Shown piece by piece: positions 1 through 9,632 of a stretch of 64,000 nt of DNA (its first letter is position 1; every line of letters begins with the position of its first letter). The stretch is from Phycisphaerae bacterium (GTDB lineage: Bacteria > Planctomycetota > Phycisphaerae > UBA1845), in contig CAXXGO010000006.1 of the NCBI GenBank assembly GCA_963666835.2, positions 1,376,001 to 1,440,000 on the forward strand. The letters run 5' to 3'. The notes beneath the pieces were generated by a model. It was not told the origin of the DNA and searched no databases. It was given only the letters and a program-made list of their open reading frames with translations. The translations under genes were made by a program, and so were the position numbers.

Positions 1-2580
1 TTGTGGACCAGTGCCTATCCGGCCATAGTCGGGGTCAACGGCGACGGGTCGCTGGAGATCCAGGACGCCGACCGGATGAACAACAGCAGTGCGACTTTGG
101 GTATGGGGGCCGGGGCGGTCGGCACGGCCTCGATCTGGGGCACCTGGACGAACAACGGTATCCTGACCATCGGCGATGGCGGGACCGGCACTATGTCGGT
201 GTACCACACCGTTACCAACACCGGCGACGCCTACATTGCCAAGAAGCCCGGGTCGGTCGGCACGGTGAACGTAGCGCCGGATTGGGAGCAATCTTACGAC
301 CCCCAAGGCTGGCAGTGCGAGGGTTCGCTGTATGTCGGCGGAGATGATCAGTCGCCCGGTGGCACCGGCTCAATCACCCTCAGTGAGTCCGGATTGATCC
401 AGGTAGAACAGGAAACAACGGTTTGGAGTTCGAGTTCGATTGGCGTAAGCGCCGGGACCTTCCAGGCTAACGATGTGAACATCAGAGGCGGCGGCACGGT
501 CTCGGTGGGCGGTGTCCTGGGGGATTGGATGGCCGCGACTTTTAACTGCACGAACCTGGAAATCTGGGCCGGCGGCATTCTCGATATTAACAGCGCTGAT
601 GGGCACGTCGATTGCGACACGCTGCACTCGCTGGGGATGACCGAGGTTACCGGCGGGCACCTGCACGTTACCGATCAGTTCAGCGCGACCCCGAGTAGTG
701 TGGTCCGTCTGTTACATGGCACGATCGCTGTTCCATCGCTTTCGGGTTTCCACGGAAGCCTCGTTTGGCAAAACGGCACCGTGAACGTCACGGCCGACGG
801 AGTGGTCATCGATGACGGGGAGCCGCTGGGCAACGATCTCTCCATCGGTACGGCCACATCCCTTTCGGTTGCCGGCGAACTGGGCGTGGGCTCAGTTTCG
901 AACGGAGTTATGACCATCACGTCCGACGGAGCCGTCACCAGCGGCACGGGCGCGGTGGGGAGCCTCTCCGGTGACGCCGTTACGGGCTACGCTGAAGTCT
1001 CCGGTCCCTTCGCAAGCTGGACGATGATCGGTGACCTGAGGGTCCGTGGCGTCAATGACGCGCGACTGTCATTACTCGACGGTGCGACCATGTCCAACGG
1101 CAGCGCGCACTTGGCCTCCAAAACGGGAACGACGGCAGAGGTCTCGCTCGACGCCGTGGGCACCGAGTGGAATTGTAGCGGCGCGCTGTACGCCGGAGGC
1201 GATTCGGCCACGGCCGGCGGAACGGGTACGCTCGACGTCGGCTACGGCGCCGCAGTTACCGTTGCCGGGAACATGAAGGTCTGGGATGACTTCGTCGTCG
1301 AGATCGACGACGGTACTATCATCACGACCGATCTCGACATCGCCGGCCAGGTCCACTCGTACAATACCGGTATGCTCGATATCCGCGGCGGCCGGGTCGA
1401 CATCGACGGCGCCGGGACGCTGGACAGTATGATCCTCGGCAACGGCTCGACTTCCGTGTTCCTTAACGATGCCGATGCGAGTTGGTCCATGCCGGGGCCG
1501 CTGTTGGTCGGTGCCACCGTTCAAGGCGTCGGACATGTCAATGAGTTGACACTTAGCCCCGGTGCCACAGTAACCGCGGCCGCTCAAGTTACCGTCCCGG
1601 ACAACGCCAAGCTGGCTCTTGCCGGCGGGACGATCAACGCGGCCGTTATCAACCTGTATGACTCCGACCTTATGGACCACGGCACGCTCAACGGCGATTT
1701 CCTGACAACCGGCTCGGTTCTGGCTACCGGCGATCTGGTGATTGGTGACGCCGATAGTAGCAGCGGTGTGCAGATCGGCGGCGAGATCGAGACCGGCAGC
1801 CACCGGGTAACCCTCCGCAAGCAGGGGGCACTGCTCGTCTCCAATCCGATTAGTATCGGCGGCGGCACGCTGACCGTGCCCGATGGTCTCAGGTTGACCG
1901 GCGGGGCCAATGTTACCGGCTTCGGCGTCATCGATACCCCTGACGATCCTGCAACACGGCTGATCAACGACGACTCCATCGTGGGGAGTTGGACCAGCCA
2001 ACGTATCGAGCTGACCGGATACGTTACGGGGCTGGGCTTGCTGAACAACGTGACTATCTTAGGCACCGACGATCCCACCTTCGCCGATCCGTCCGCCGTG
2101 GATCGTGGAAACGTGGATTACGTGGGCAAGCTCATCCTCTCAATCGAAGGTCTTATTGCCGGAACCCAATATGATCAGATAAACCACAGCGGTATCGCCG
2201 GGCTCGGCGGCGAGTTGATCGTTGAACTGATGAACGGCTTCGAGCCGCAGCCGGGCGATAGTTTTACGATTCTCACCTACGGCAGCCATACCGGCCAGTT
2301 CGACGTGTTGTCCCTGCCGGCGTTGATGGGCGATCTTTCGTGGCGTGTCGTCTACGGTCCGACCAGCGTCACGCTGACCATCGACGGCCCGCTCCCGGGC
2401 GACTGTGACACGGACGACGACGTCGATCTTGACGACTACGCGGGTTTCATGAACTGTCTCGCTGGTCCCGATACGGAGGCGCAGCTCGACTGTGCGTGCT
2501 TCGATGTAAACAACAGCGGGACCGTGGACCTGGCCGACTTCGCGCTGCTTCAAGCGTCATTCACCGGGGCCGGTTCTTGA
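1..2580 (+). CDS. 5'-truncated large secreted beta-helix protein (T5SS/PEP-CTERM-associated-repeat-like) with C-terminal dockerin-like/EF-hand pair
   Basis: Frame open from window edge; Gly-rich repeats (GxGTxTV, LYVGGD); YDQI...LGG.L.V.L...F.P..GDSF.I module; tail GDCDTDDDVDLDDY...FDVNNSGTVDLADFALLQ. Confidence 0.75.
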   Translation: MWTSAYPAIVGVNGDGSLEIQDADRMNNSSATLGMGAGAVGTASIWGTWTNNGILTIGDGGTGTMSVYHTVTNTGDAYIAKKPGSVGTVNVAPDWEQSYDPQGWQCEGSLYVGGDDQSPGGTGSITLSESGLIQVEQETTVWSSSSIGVSAGTFQANDVNIRGGGTVSVGGVLGDWMAATFNCTNLEIWAGGILDINSADGHVDCDTLHSLGMTEVTGGHLHVTDQFSATPSSVVRLLHGTIAVPSLSGFHGSLVWQNGTVNVTADGVVIDDGEPLGNDLSIGTATSLSVAGELGVGSVSNGVMTITSDGAVTSGTGAVGSLSGDAVTGYAEVSGPFASWTMIGDLRVRGVNDARLSLLDGATMSNGSAHLASKTGTTAEVSLDAVGTEWNCSGALYAGGDSATAGGTGTLDVGYGAAVTVAGNMKVWDDFVVEIDDGTIITTDLDIAGQVHSYNTGMLDIRGGRVDIDGAGTLDSMILGNGSTSVFLNDADASWSMPGPLLVGATVQGVGHVNELTLSPGATVTAAAQVTVPDNAKLALAGGTINAAVINLYDSDLMDHGTLNGDFLTTGSVLATGDLVIGDADSSSGVQIGGEIETGSHRVTLRKQGALLVSNPISIGGGTLTVPDGLRLTGGANVTGFGVIDTPDDPATRLINDDSIVGSWTSQRIELTGYVTGLGLLNNVTILGTDDPTFADPSAVDRGNVDYVGKLILSIEGLIAGTQYDQINHSGIAGLGGELIVELMNGFEPQPGDSFTILTYGSHTGQFDVLSLPALMGDLSWRVVYGPTSVTLTIDGPLPGDCDTDDDVDLDDYAGFMNCLAGPDTEAQLDCACFDVNNSGTVDLADFALLQASFTGAGS

Positions 2581-2695
2581 GAGGGGTTGTCGAAAGGGGA
2601 CTCATTCTTAGCCCGGATCGCTGACCCAAGCGAACTCAAGGCCGCAATGGACCGAATCGCACGAAAACGTGACACGCGCGTGACTCGCGGGACCA

Positions 2696-3460
2696 GCCCG
2701 CCAGGGCGGCAGCTCTGCCTAGCCCGCGGCGTGAGCCGCGGGATCGCGTCGCCATGTTGGCTTCAGCCCCGTCAGGGGCGGCACTTCGATACTCGAACAG
2801 GTCCCGGTGATCGCCAACATGCTTTCCCTATGATGCCGAATCACCGGCGTCCGATCCAAACCTCGATGTTCTCTGCCGCCCGCAAAATCTTGGCGCGAAA
2901 CGCCCGGACGTTTCCCCAAGCCTACGCCGTGGGGCTACAGGACGTGTCGCCCCAAGGGGCTGTCCGCCGCCGGCGTATGTTCGGAAGATGCACGTCGCGC
3001 AAGGGCTGCAAGGATGCCTGCGCTACGCGGAGGCAACGGCAGGTCTCGTGCCTCGACCGTGCCCTACCCCTGGCACCGCGGCTCTACCTACGCCGAAGGC
3101 GTTACGTCCTATAGCCCAGGGTTGCCGCGCAGCGGATACCCTGGGATCACGGCCACATAAAAGATGGACCCCAACGGGGTTGCGCCGTTGTTCAAGCCGG
3201 TTCGGGGTTAGCGCACCGGGGGGCTTTGTCGTGAAGCGCCGGCGTACGTTCGGAAGATGCACGTCGGGCAAGGGCTGCAAGGATGCCTGCGCTACGCAAG
3301 GGCTGCAGGCAAGGATGCCTGCGCTCCGCGGAGGCAACGGCAGGTCTCGTGCCTCGACCGTGCCCTACCCCTGGCACCGCGGCTCTACCTACGCCGTTGG
3401 CACTACGCCCAACCCGTGGGCGAGATTCGCTCCCTGGGCGCTTCCGTTCCAAAGGGCCGC
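2696..3460. repeat. Cluster of REP-like palindromes with a ~128-bp direct repeat (2968-3095 vs 3237-3396)
   Basis: Palindromes such as TAGCCCGCGGCGTGAGCCGCGGG, AGCCCCGTCAGGGGC, AGCCCAGGGTTGCCGCGCAGCGGATACCCTGGG and GCAGGCAAGGATGCCTGCGCT; second direct-repeat copy has an internal ~31-bp duplication; lies between convergent genes. Confidence 0.75.
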
Positions 3461-3491
3461 CGGGCGCGAGGCTCTCGTTTCCGCAAAGCCC

Positions 3492-5312
3492 CTATTCGCA
3501 ATCGCAGGGGGCGCAGAACGGGTAGGGGCTGCCTTCGAACGCCCTCACCATTATCAGGATGTCCGCCATGTTTACCCACTCCATCAGATAGTAGATGCTG
3601 CACCAGGTTACCGGGGGGCGGTTGTCGTGCCATTGGAACGTTTGCATGGCGGCCATAAGGTCGTTCATATTCACGACCCCGTCCGGGACCTGCCAAACGC
3701 CGTCGAAGCCGCCGACGCAATCGCACCAGTACTTCGGATAGGGACTCGGGGTGGTGTCGATCGAAAGCGGATCCGATCGGCTGATAGGCTCCGTGGGGAC
3801 GACCGCCCTTATCCGGTAGCTCGCGGCCGGGACGATTCGGCAATCACCGACGCGCGCTATCGGCTCGGGCCAGAAGCGATAGATCGGCTCCGGGACTACT
3901 CTCGAGATCAAAGAGTTTTCGGGATCCGGAATGTCAACGTAACCCACCACGCCCGTGCAATCGGGGAAGAAGCTGCTATCCACCAGCTCCACCTGATACG
4001 CTACCGCGATATCGAGATCGCCGGGGACGAAAGAGATGAAACGGTTCTTGACCACATCATCCGGCCAGGCGGGCATGGTCGGCGGGGCAAGCTGACACTC
4101 GTCCGGTACCCCATCGGCGTCGCTGTCCGGGGAGCTTTCATCGGTCACGTCACAGCCGTCGAGAACGGTGTTTTGGTTACAGTCGTCGCACCACGGACTG
4201 CCGTCGCAATCGGCCAGATCGGTTTCGTCGGGGATGCCGTTGTGGTTGCAGTCCACCATTTCGCATTCGTCGGGAATGCCGGTTTCGTTGACATCCCACG
4301 AGGTTCCTTCGGCGATATCGCACTCGTCGGGAATGCCGTTAGGCTGGCAGTCAACGCTCGTAGCCTCAGCAATGTCGCAACTATCGGCCACGCCGTTTTC
4401 GTTGCAGTCCGGCTCGCACTCGTCGGGGATGCCGTTTCCGGTGCAATCCTCACTGGTGCCCGCGGCGATATCGCAATCGTCGGGGACGCCGTTGTCATTA
4501 CAGTCGGGTTCTTCGGGGCATTCGTCGGGAACGCCGTTGCCGTTGCAGTCTGCGCTGGTTCCATCGGCAATATCGCATTCGTCCGGAATGCCGTTGCCGT
4601 TGCAGTCTGCGCTGTCGCCTGCGGCGAGGTCACAGAAATCCCAGACCCCGTTCGCATTGCAGTCAGGGCGGTCTTCGGTTTGGCAGACGGCTCCGACGGT
4701 GATGTACTCTACGCTGAAGGTCCCGTCCAAATAGGGGCCGTTGGTGGCGTCTCCGAACGCGATCGTACTGTTGGTGCCGTAACTTGGGTATTCCAGCGCC
4801 AATGCGCCGTCGACGAACATAAAGGCCCGGTTGTTCGCCAGGACTTCCAGGCGATAGTCGTGAAAGGCGTCCGTCGTATCCATGGCCGTTGAATCGCTCA
4901 GGTCGCCCCAGCCGATTTCGTCCTCGTCGAAGTACAGAAGCTGTCCGCGATACGGCGCGCCCCACGGAGAGGTGAAACCGCCGAAGAACCCGATCGGGGC
5001 GTCATAGGCGTTGTGCGGGTCCGCAACGGCAATGACCCTCAGCCGAATCTCGATTGCGTAGCCGGCGGCCGGGTCGATGCCCACGTCGCGATAGAAGGTC
5101 ATCATCGGCTGACTGAGCGACGGCATTCCGATGGTGTTGAGGGTTAGCGCGGTTCCGTCCGTGGATACATCCAGCGGTCCGACGATCGTCGTGTGGTAAT
5201 CCCACCCTTGGTCCTGGGGCAAGGTCCCGCCGTCCAGGACGACGACATCCGCAAACGTCGCGGTCGCGACCATAAACACGGCCAAACTCGAAACTGCGAT
5301 AAGGCGAATCAT
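3492..5312 (-). CDS. Secreted protein with tandem Cys-rich DCNxNGxPDxCD repeats and divergent dockerin-like C-terminus
   Basis: Signal peptide MIRLIAVSSLAVFMVATATFA; GGAGG RBS upstream of ATG 5312; about ten DCNxNG-type repeats; C-terminal PDGVVNMNDL...VNMADIL pair. Confidence 0.75.
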   Translation of the reverse strand: MIRLIAVSSLAVFMVATATFADVVVLDGGTLPQDQGWDYHTTIVGPLDVSTDGTALTLNTIGMPSLSQPMMTFYRDVGIDPAAGYAIEIRLRVIAVADPHNAYDAPIGFFGGFTSPWGAPYRGQLLYFDEDEIGWGDLSDSTAMDTTDAFHDYRLEVLANNRAFMFVDGALALEYPSYGTNSTIAFGDATNGPYLDGTFSVEYITVGAVCQTEDRPDCNANGVWDFCDLAAGDSADCNGNGIPDECDIADGTSADCNGNGVPDECPEEPDCNDNGVPDDCDIAAGTSEDCTGNGIPDECEPDCNENGVADSCDIAEATSVDCQPNGIPDECDIAEGTSWDVNETGIPDECEMVDCNHNGIPDETDLADCDGSPWCDDCNQNTVLDGCDVTDESSPDSDADGVPDECQLAPPTMPAWPDDVVKNRFISFVPGDLDIAVAYQVELVDSSFFPDCTGVVGYVDIPDPENSLISRVVPEPIYRFWPEPIARVGDCRIVPAASYRIRAVVPTEPISRSDPLSIDTTPSPYPKYWCDCVGGFDGVWQVPDGVVNMNDLMAAMQTFQWHDNRPPVTWCSIYYLMEWVNMADILIMVRAFEGSPYPFCAPCDCE

Positions 5313-6204
5313 GATATGACCTCCCTGAGTTTGCACATGTTGCGGATTGGGGCAAACACGGACGTGGCCCGGCCTTTGGTCGGCCGGGCGAATCGCGTTG
5401 CCGCAATCTCAACCATAGCGAGCAGCCGCCGCGTCGGTTTCCGACTTCACGTTCCCCGCTCGGCAAACCGCTCGGCGCACTGTACCGCGCGTATTTGTAC
5501 GACTCAAGCGAAATAAGCTTGTTCAGAGCCGTTCAAGCCCCTCGCGCCTGGCTCGGAAGCCCGAGTGTAGGCTGGTGCGGCGATGATCGGCACGAGAGCG
5601 GACAGCTCGCAGACCAAGCCTACGCCGTATACGCCTTAGTGGGGTCTGCTCATCTGCAAAACGGGCACTCCGGACGGATTTTCTCGGATGTTCTCTTGGC
5701 AACGTCCGTTTTCGTGCCTACTATGTTCATGGGTGCCTATTGCTCGGGACCGAATGACGGGCTCGGCCTTCTTATTCGGAGAGCAGAGCGCGTTGGGGAC
5801 TTTAGGTGGGCATCCGGTAAGTGGTGACGCGCGCCCGGTCGCGAGTCTGGCAGGCATGCACTCGGATCGGCGTCCCGGTCGGTGGAATCCGGCTGGTGGG
5901 GGGTTCTTGTCGAGTCGAAGGTAACGCGCTGTCTTTTCTTTGGCGGAGCATTCCGCGCTTGGGCGCTAGGGGTACGGAGTGGTCGAGCTATTCATCCTCT
6001 CATTCGGAAGTTGCGGTCGACAACGGCATCGTACGCCACGAATACCTCCCACGCGGCGTCTTTCCGAACTCGGAATCGCAGCAACTCAATCCCGCCCGGC
6101 GCGATGCCGGCAAACGTTACGTATTGCCCAGCGGATTGTGGTGATTCGGGGGGCGCGGATTACGGAAGATACGTCACAGACTCTCGTCATTTATCATAGG
6201 GGGC

Positions 6205-8229
6205 ATGAAGATGATCTACGACAAGTGCGGTATTGTCATGTTGGGACTGATGGTCGTCACGATTGAGGGTGCTTTCGCTGCCTCGGCCGAGGAGGTTCCA
6301 TGCGCTTCGTGCCCGGCGATTTCGACGGCGAGTGACACTATCGACAGGGACATCTCTCTGAACGAGTGCGTTAGCAATGAGAGGCCGCGCGATGGCCTTA
6401 TCGCCGATTCTGGTTCCGGCAATCGAAGCGATGAGGTGCTTAGTCTATGGCGATATGTCGATGACGATGCCGCGCCAGGGGGCGACGGACTCACCTGGGG
6501 AACTGCCTTTACGCACTTGCAGGACGCCCTTGCCGCCACGGGTGGGTCGATTAGGGTGGCCGAAGGAGTTTACCGACCCGACCGTGATGAAGCCGGCAAC
6601 GTGACCCCCGGCGATCGGATGGCCACGTTCCTGCTGGCTGATGACGTTGTCGTGGAGGGCGGCTACCGCGGCTGCCCCGGCGGCGATTGCGCCGGCGGCG
6701 ATCCCGACGAAAGAAACACTGCTTTGTACGCGACGATTCTCAGCGGGGATTTGGCCGGGGGTGACGCGGACGTGTTTTCGCCTGGTGATCTGTTGGATGA
6801 GCCGACGCGGGCGGAAAACTGCTATCATGTTGTCACTACCGCCGGCAAGAGCGTGCTTGACGGCGTTACGATCGTCGGCGGCAACGCCAACGAGCCGCAC
6901 CACGATGAGGGGGGCGGGATCTTCAACGGCTCTTGCGGTGCCCCTACGATCCTCGGCTGTACAATCACGCGGAACTCGGCCGCGTCCTCCGGCGGGGGGA
7001 TGCACAATTACCACGGGAACGCCACCTTGGAGGATTGCGTCTTCTCCGACAACTCGTCCGGCAACACCGGCGGCGGGATGCGCAATTGCGGCTATGCCCA
7101 CCCGACGCTCACGGACTGCCGGTTCCTCGGTAATATGGCTGTTGAAGGCGGAGGGATGAGCAACGATGACTGCGCGAGCCCGACCATAGAGGATTGTGTC
7201 TTCTCGGATAATTCGGCGACGCGCACCGGTGGTGCAATGGACAGCCGCGGCCTCAGTCAGCCTACGCTTTCGGGCTGTACGATTCTGCGGAACGGAGCCG
7301 GCACAACCGGGGGCGGGCTGTATAACTGGGATAGCGACCCGATCTTGACGAACTGCGTTTTCTCAGGGAATTCAGCGGGGCACGGTGGGGGGATGGACAA
7401 CTTCAGCAGTCACCCGCGGGTGAGCTTCTGCACGTTTTCGGGGAACATCGCCCGCCAATGGGGCGGCGCTCTGTGCCTGCGCAATGGCAGCGTCGCAACC
7501 CTACGCAGCTCCATTCTCTGGGGAGATCTACCCGATGAGATCTCCATGGGCTCCTTGGCCGGCACGAGCGCCAAGTGTATCAACGTCCAGGGCGGCTGGC
7601 CGGGGGAGGGTAACATCGGCGAATTGCCCCGGCATGATCCGCTTTTTGTTGCAGCCGGCTATTGGGATGACAACGGCACTCCGGGGGACGAGACTGATGA
7701 TTCCTGGGTGGAAGGAGATTATCATTTGCGGCCCGGCTCGCCGTGCATCGACTCCGGGACTCTTGCGGGGGTACCGGCCACGACGACAGCCGACTTCGAG
7801 GGCAACGATCGCGTTCAGCACTGCCGACCCGACATGGGAGCCGATGAAACCGCCTATTTCCGGGACTGCAACGATAATGGCGTGGGTGACGCTTGCGATC
7901 TTGAGGACGAAACCAGCTTCGACTGCAATGGCAACGGCGTTCCCGATGAGTGCGACCTCGAAGACGCGACGAGTCTCGACTGCAATGATAATGGCACTCC
8001 CGACGAGTGCGAGACGATTGACGGCGGCGACTTCGACGTCGACTACGACGTGGCTTTGACCGACTACAAAGCTTTCGCCGGATGCCTGGGCGGTCCGAGC
8101 GAGACGCCCACCGCGGACGCGGCCGAGTGCATAGGCGCCTGCCGGGCGGCGTTCGACTTTGACGTCGATCGCGATGTGGACTTAGCCGACCTCGCGGAGT
8201 TTATGATCGTGGTAACCGACGTACGGTAA
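6205..8229 (+). CDS. Secreted right-handed parallel beta-helix (pectin-lyase-like) protein with DCNxNG repeats and dockerin-like tail
   Basis: Signal peptide; YVDDDA..GGDG.TW.TAF..LQDAL motif; repeated N.A..GGGM.N....PT...C.F..N; DYHL..GSPCIDSG; tail GDFDVDYDVALTDY...FDFDVDRDVDLADLAEF. Confidence 0.8.
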   Translation: MKMIYDKCGIVMLGLMVVTIEGAFAASAEEVPCASCPAISTASDTIDRDISLNECVSNERPRDGLIADSGSGNRSDEVLSLWRYVDDDAAPGGDGLTWGTAFTHLQDALAATGGSIRVAEGVYRPDRDEAGNVTPGDRMATFLLADDVVVEGGYRGCPGGDCAGGDPDERNTALYATILSGDLAGGDADVFSPGDLLDEPTRAENCYHVVTTAGKSVLDGVTIVGGNANEPHHDEGGGIFNGSCGAPTILGCTITRNSAASSGGGMHNYHGNATLEDCVFSDNSSGNTGGGMRNCGYAHPTLTDCRFLGNMAVEGGGMSNDDCASPTIEDCVFSDNSATRTGGAMDSRGLSQPTLSGCTILRNGAGTTGGGLYNWDSDPILTNCVFSGNSAGHGGGMDNFSSHPRVSFCTFSGNIARQWGGALCLRNGSVATLRSSILWGDLPDEISMGSLAGTSAKCINVQGGWPGEGNIGELPRHDPLFVAAGYWDDNGTPGDETDDSWVEGDYHLRPGSPCIDSGTLAGVPATTTADFEGNDRVQHCRPDMGADETAYFRDCNDNGVGDACDLEDETSFDCNGNGVPDECDLEDATSLDCNDNGTPDECETIDGGDFDVDYDVALTDYKAFAGCLGGPSETPTADAAECIGACRAAFDFDVDRDVDLADLAEFMIVVTDVR

Positions 8230-8300
8230 CGTGCCGCCGGTTTCGCGCGGCCGAGGTGCCTCGCGGTGTTCCGTTTCCCGAAAAGGTGATTGCGTCTCTT

Positions 8301-8332
8301 TCTCCCCTCCTTGCCAAGGAGGGGCTGGGGGG
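8301..8332. repeat. REP-like hairpin (CCCCTCCTTG-CCAAGGAGGGG followed by G-rich tail); degenerate relative near 28031-28060
   Basis: Inverted repeat visible in sequence; similar CCTCCT..AGGAGG-GTCCGGGGTGGT after bamA. Confidence 0.5.
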
Positions 8333-8792
8333 CTCTGCGTCTTGACGCCCCCTCCATCGAGGTTGGAGGGCGGCGTTTGCCAATGACGTCTGGCCAGCGG
8401 CACCAAGTGCCGGTGATGGGGTGCTACATAAGACCCCACAGATCGGTTGATCGGAGCCGGTAGAGTACGTTATCACGGAGCCGGCGGGTTTGGATTAGGC
8501 GGATTGCGGTGGTGTGGTGGGGTAGTCGAGCGTTGCGGATTGTTCGCAGGCTGAATCGGACGGGAGACGTTTCCAGGGGGATCCTACCAACGAGCACGCC
8601 CAGTCCCAGGGGGCGAGCAGGGTAAGGCGCGAAACGGTCTGGGATTACGGGCAAGGGGGGGCGGTAGAAGCAAACGACCCGTAGTTCTGGGACTTACCCT
8701 TGACGCGACGACGATACGATTGATACCATGACTTCATCCCGCAGTCCGCCGGCGGGCAGCTCACGATACGCAGAGGAGAAACGCGGCCGTAT

Positions 8793-8828
8793 TTGACTTG
8801 ATCCGAGGTTTAGATATAAGTAAACTCC
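8793..8828 (+). promoter_or_regulatory. Putative sigma70 promoter with overlapping palindromic operator for the TAC operon
   Basis: TTGACT (8793-8798), 16-bp spacer, TATAAG (8815-8820); inverted repeat GTTTA-N8-TAAAC spans the -10; ATG at 8830 close behind, with no SD (possibly leaderless). Confidence 0.5.
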
Positions 8829-8829
8829 A

Positions 8830-9228
8830 ATGAGCAAGGGTGCCGATTCCATAGTACTCGTCGGGAACATGCGGACGATCGAGTACGCGATCTGAGCCGA
8901 CGGGTCGATGCCCGCCAAGGAGTTCATCGAGAGGCTGGACGAAAGCGAGCAGCGGCGGCTGGACACCTTGTTTCGCCGAATGGCGGACACAGGGAAGATA
9001 TTCAACCGAGAGCAGTTCAAGCAGGTGGAAGGTAAGATATACGGGTTCAAGCGGTATCAGACGCGCGTCGCGTGTTTCCGGATCGAGAACCGATGGGTTC
9101 TGACCCACGGTTTCACCAAGAAGGGCGATGGTTGGCGAAAGAGCGAAATAGAACGCGCGGAGCGAATTATGAAGGAGCATCTGGCACGGGAGGCCGCCGA
9201 GAAGGAGAAAGCGGGGAGGGCACGATAA
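8830..9228 (+). pseudogene. RelE/ParE/HigB-superfamily (Gp49/DUF891-like) toxin interrupted by in-frame TGA at 8893-8895; residual ORF 8908-9228
   Basis: Frame from ATG 8830 reads MSKGADSIVLVGNMRTIEYAI*ADGSMPAKEFIERL...FKQVEGKIYGFK...RVACF...VLTHGFTKK...EIERA. Confidence 0.75.
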
Positions 9229-9632
9229 TGAGGGCGGAAACGCTGACGGAGAAGCTGACGAAGACCGCTGAGGGGATGCGGTTGTATCAGCAGGAACGCG
9301 CGATCTTGGAGGTCACGGAGCACATTTGTGAGTTGATGGAAGAGTCGAACGTGAGCCGGTCCGAGCTTGCGAAACGCCTGGGGCGTTCGAAGGGATACAT
9401 CACTCAGCTTCTTGACGGCCGAGCTAACATGACCATACGGACGATTTCTGATGTTTACACGGCGCTTAATCGCGTTCTGCATTTTCAGGATGGCGACATT
9501 GAGGCTACTGTCAGCGCCAAGCCGTTGATGACTCTGCGCGAGAAGGCGGCATGGCCGATGCAAAAGGCGTGGCCAGTAAACATGCAGATCACGAGCGATC
9601 CTACAACCCGCCACCGGGGCATTGCGGTCTAA
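9228..9632 (+). CDS. Xre/HigA-type HTH antitoxin with C-terminal extension
   Basis: TAATG overlap with toxin stop; GGGAGG RBS; HTH VSRSELAKRLGRSKGYITQLLDGRANMTIRTI; ~45-aa tail after the HTH. Confidence 0.85.
   Translation: MRAETLTEKLTKTAEGMRLYQQERAILEVTEHICELMEESNVSRSELAKRLGRSKGYITQLLDGRANMTIRTISDVYTALNRVLHFQDGDIEATVSAKPLMTLREKAAWPMQKAWPVNMQITSDPTTRHRGIAV

Noticed and set aside
2988..4892. 634-aa plus-strand ORF (and similar long antisense ORFs at 21599-23017, 34657-36438, 19185-20435)
   Set aside because: Shadow frames of well-supported opposite-strand genes or of REP repeats in high-GC DNA.
8893..8895. Selenocysteine codon in the toxin gene
   Set aside because: No redox motif context, no evident SECIS-like hairpin, and RelE-type toxins are not known selenoproteins.
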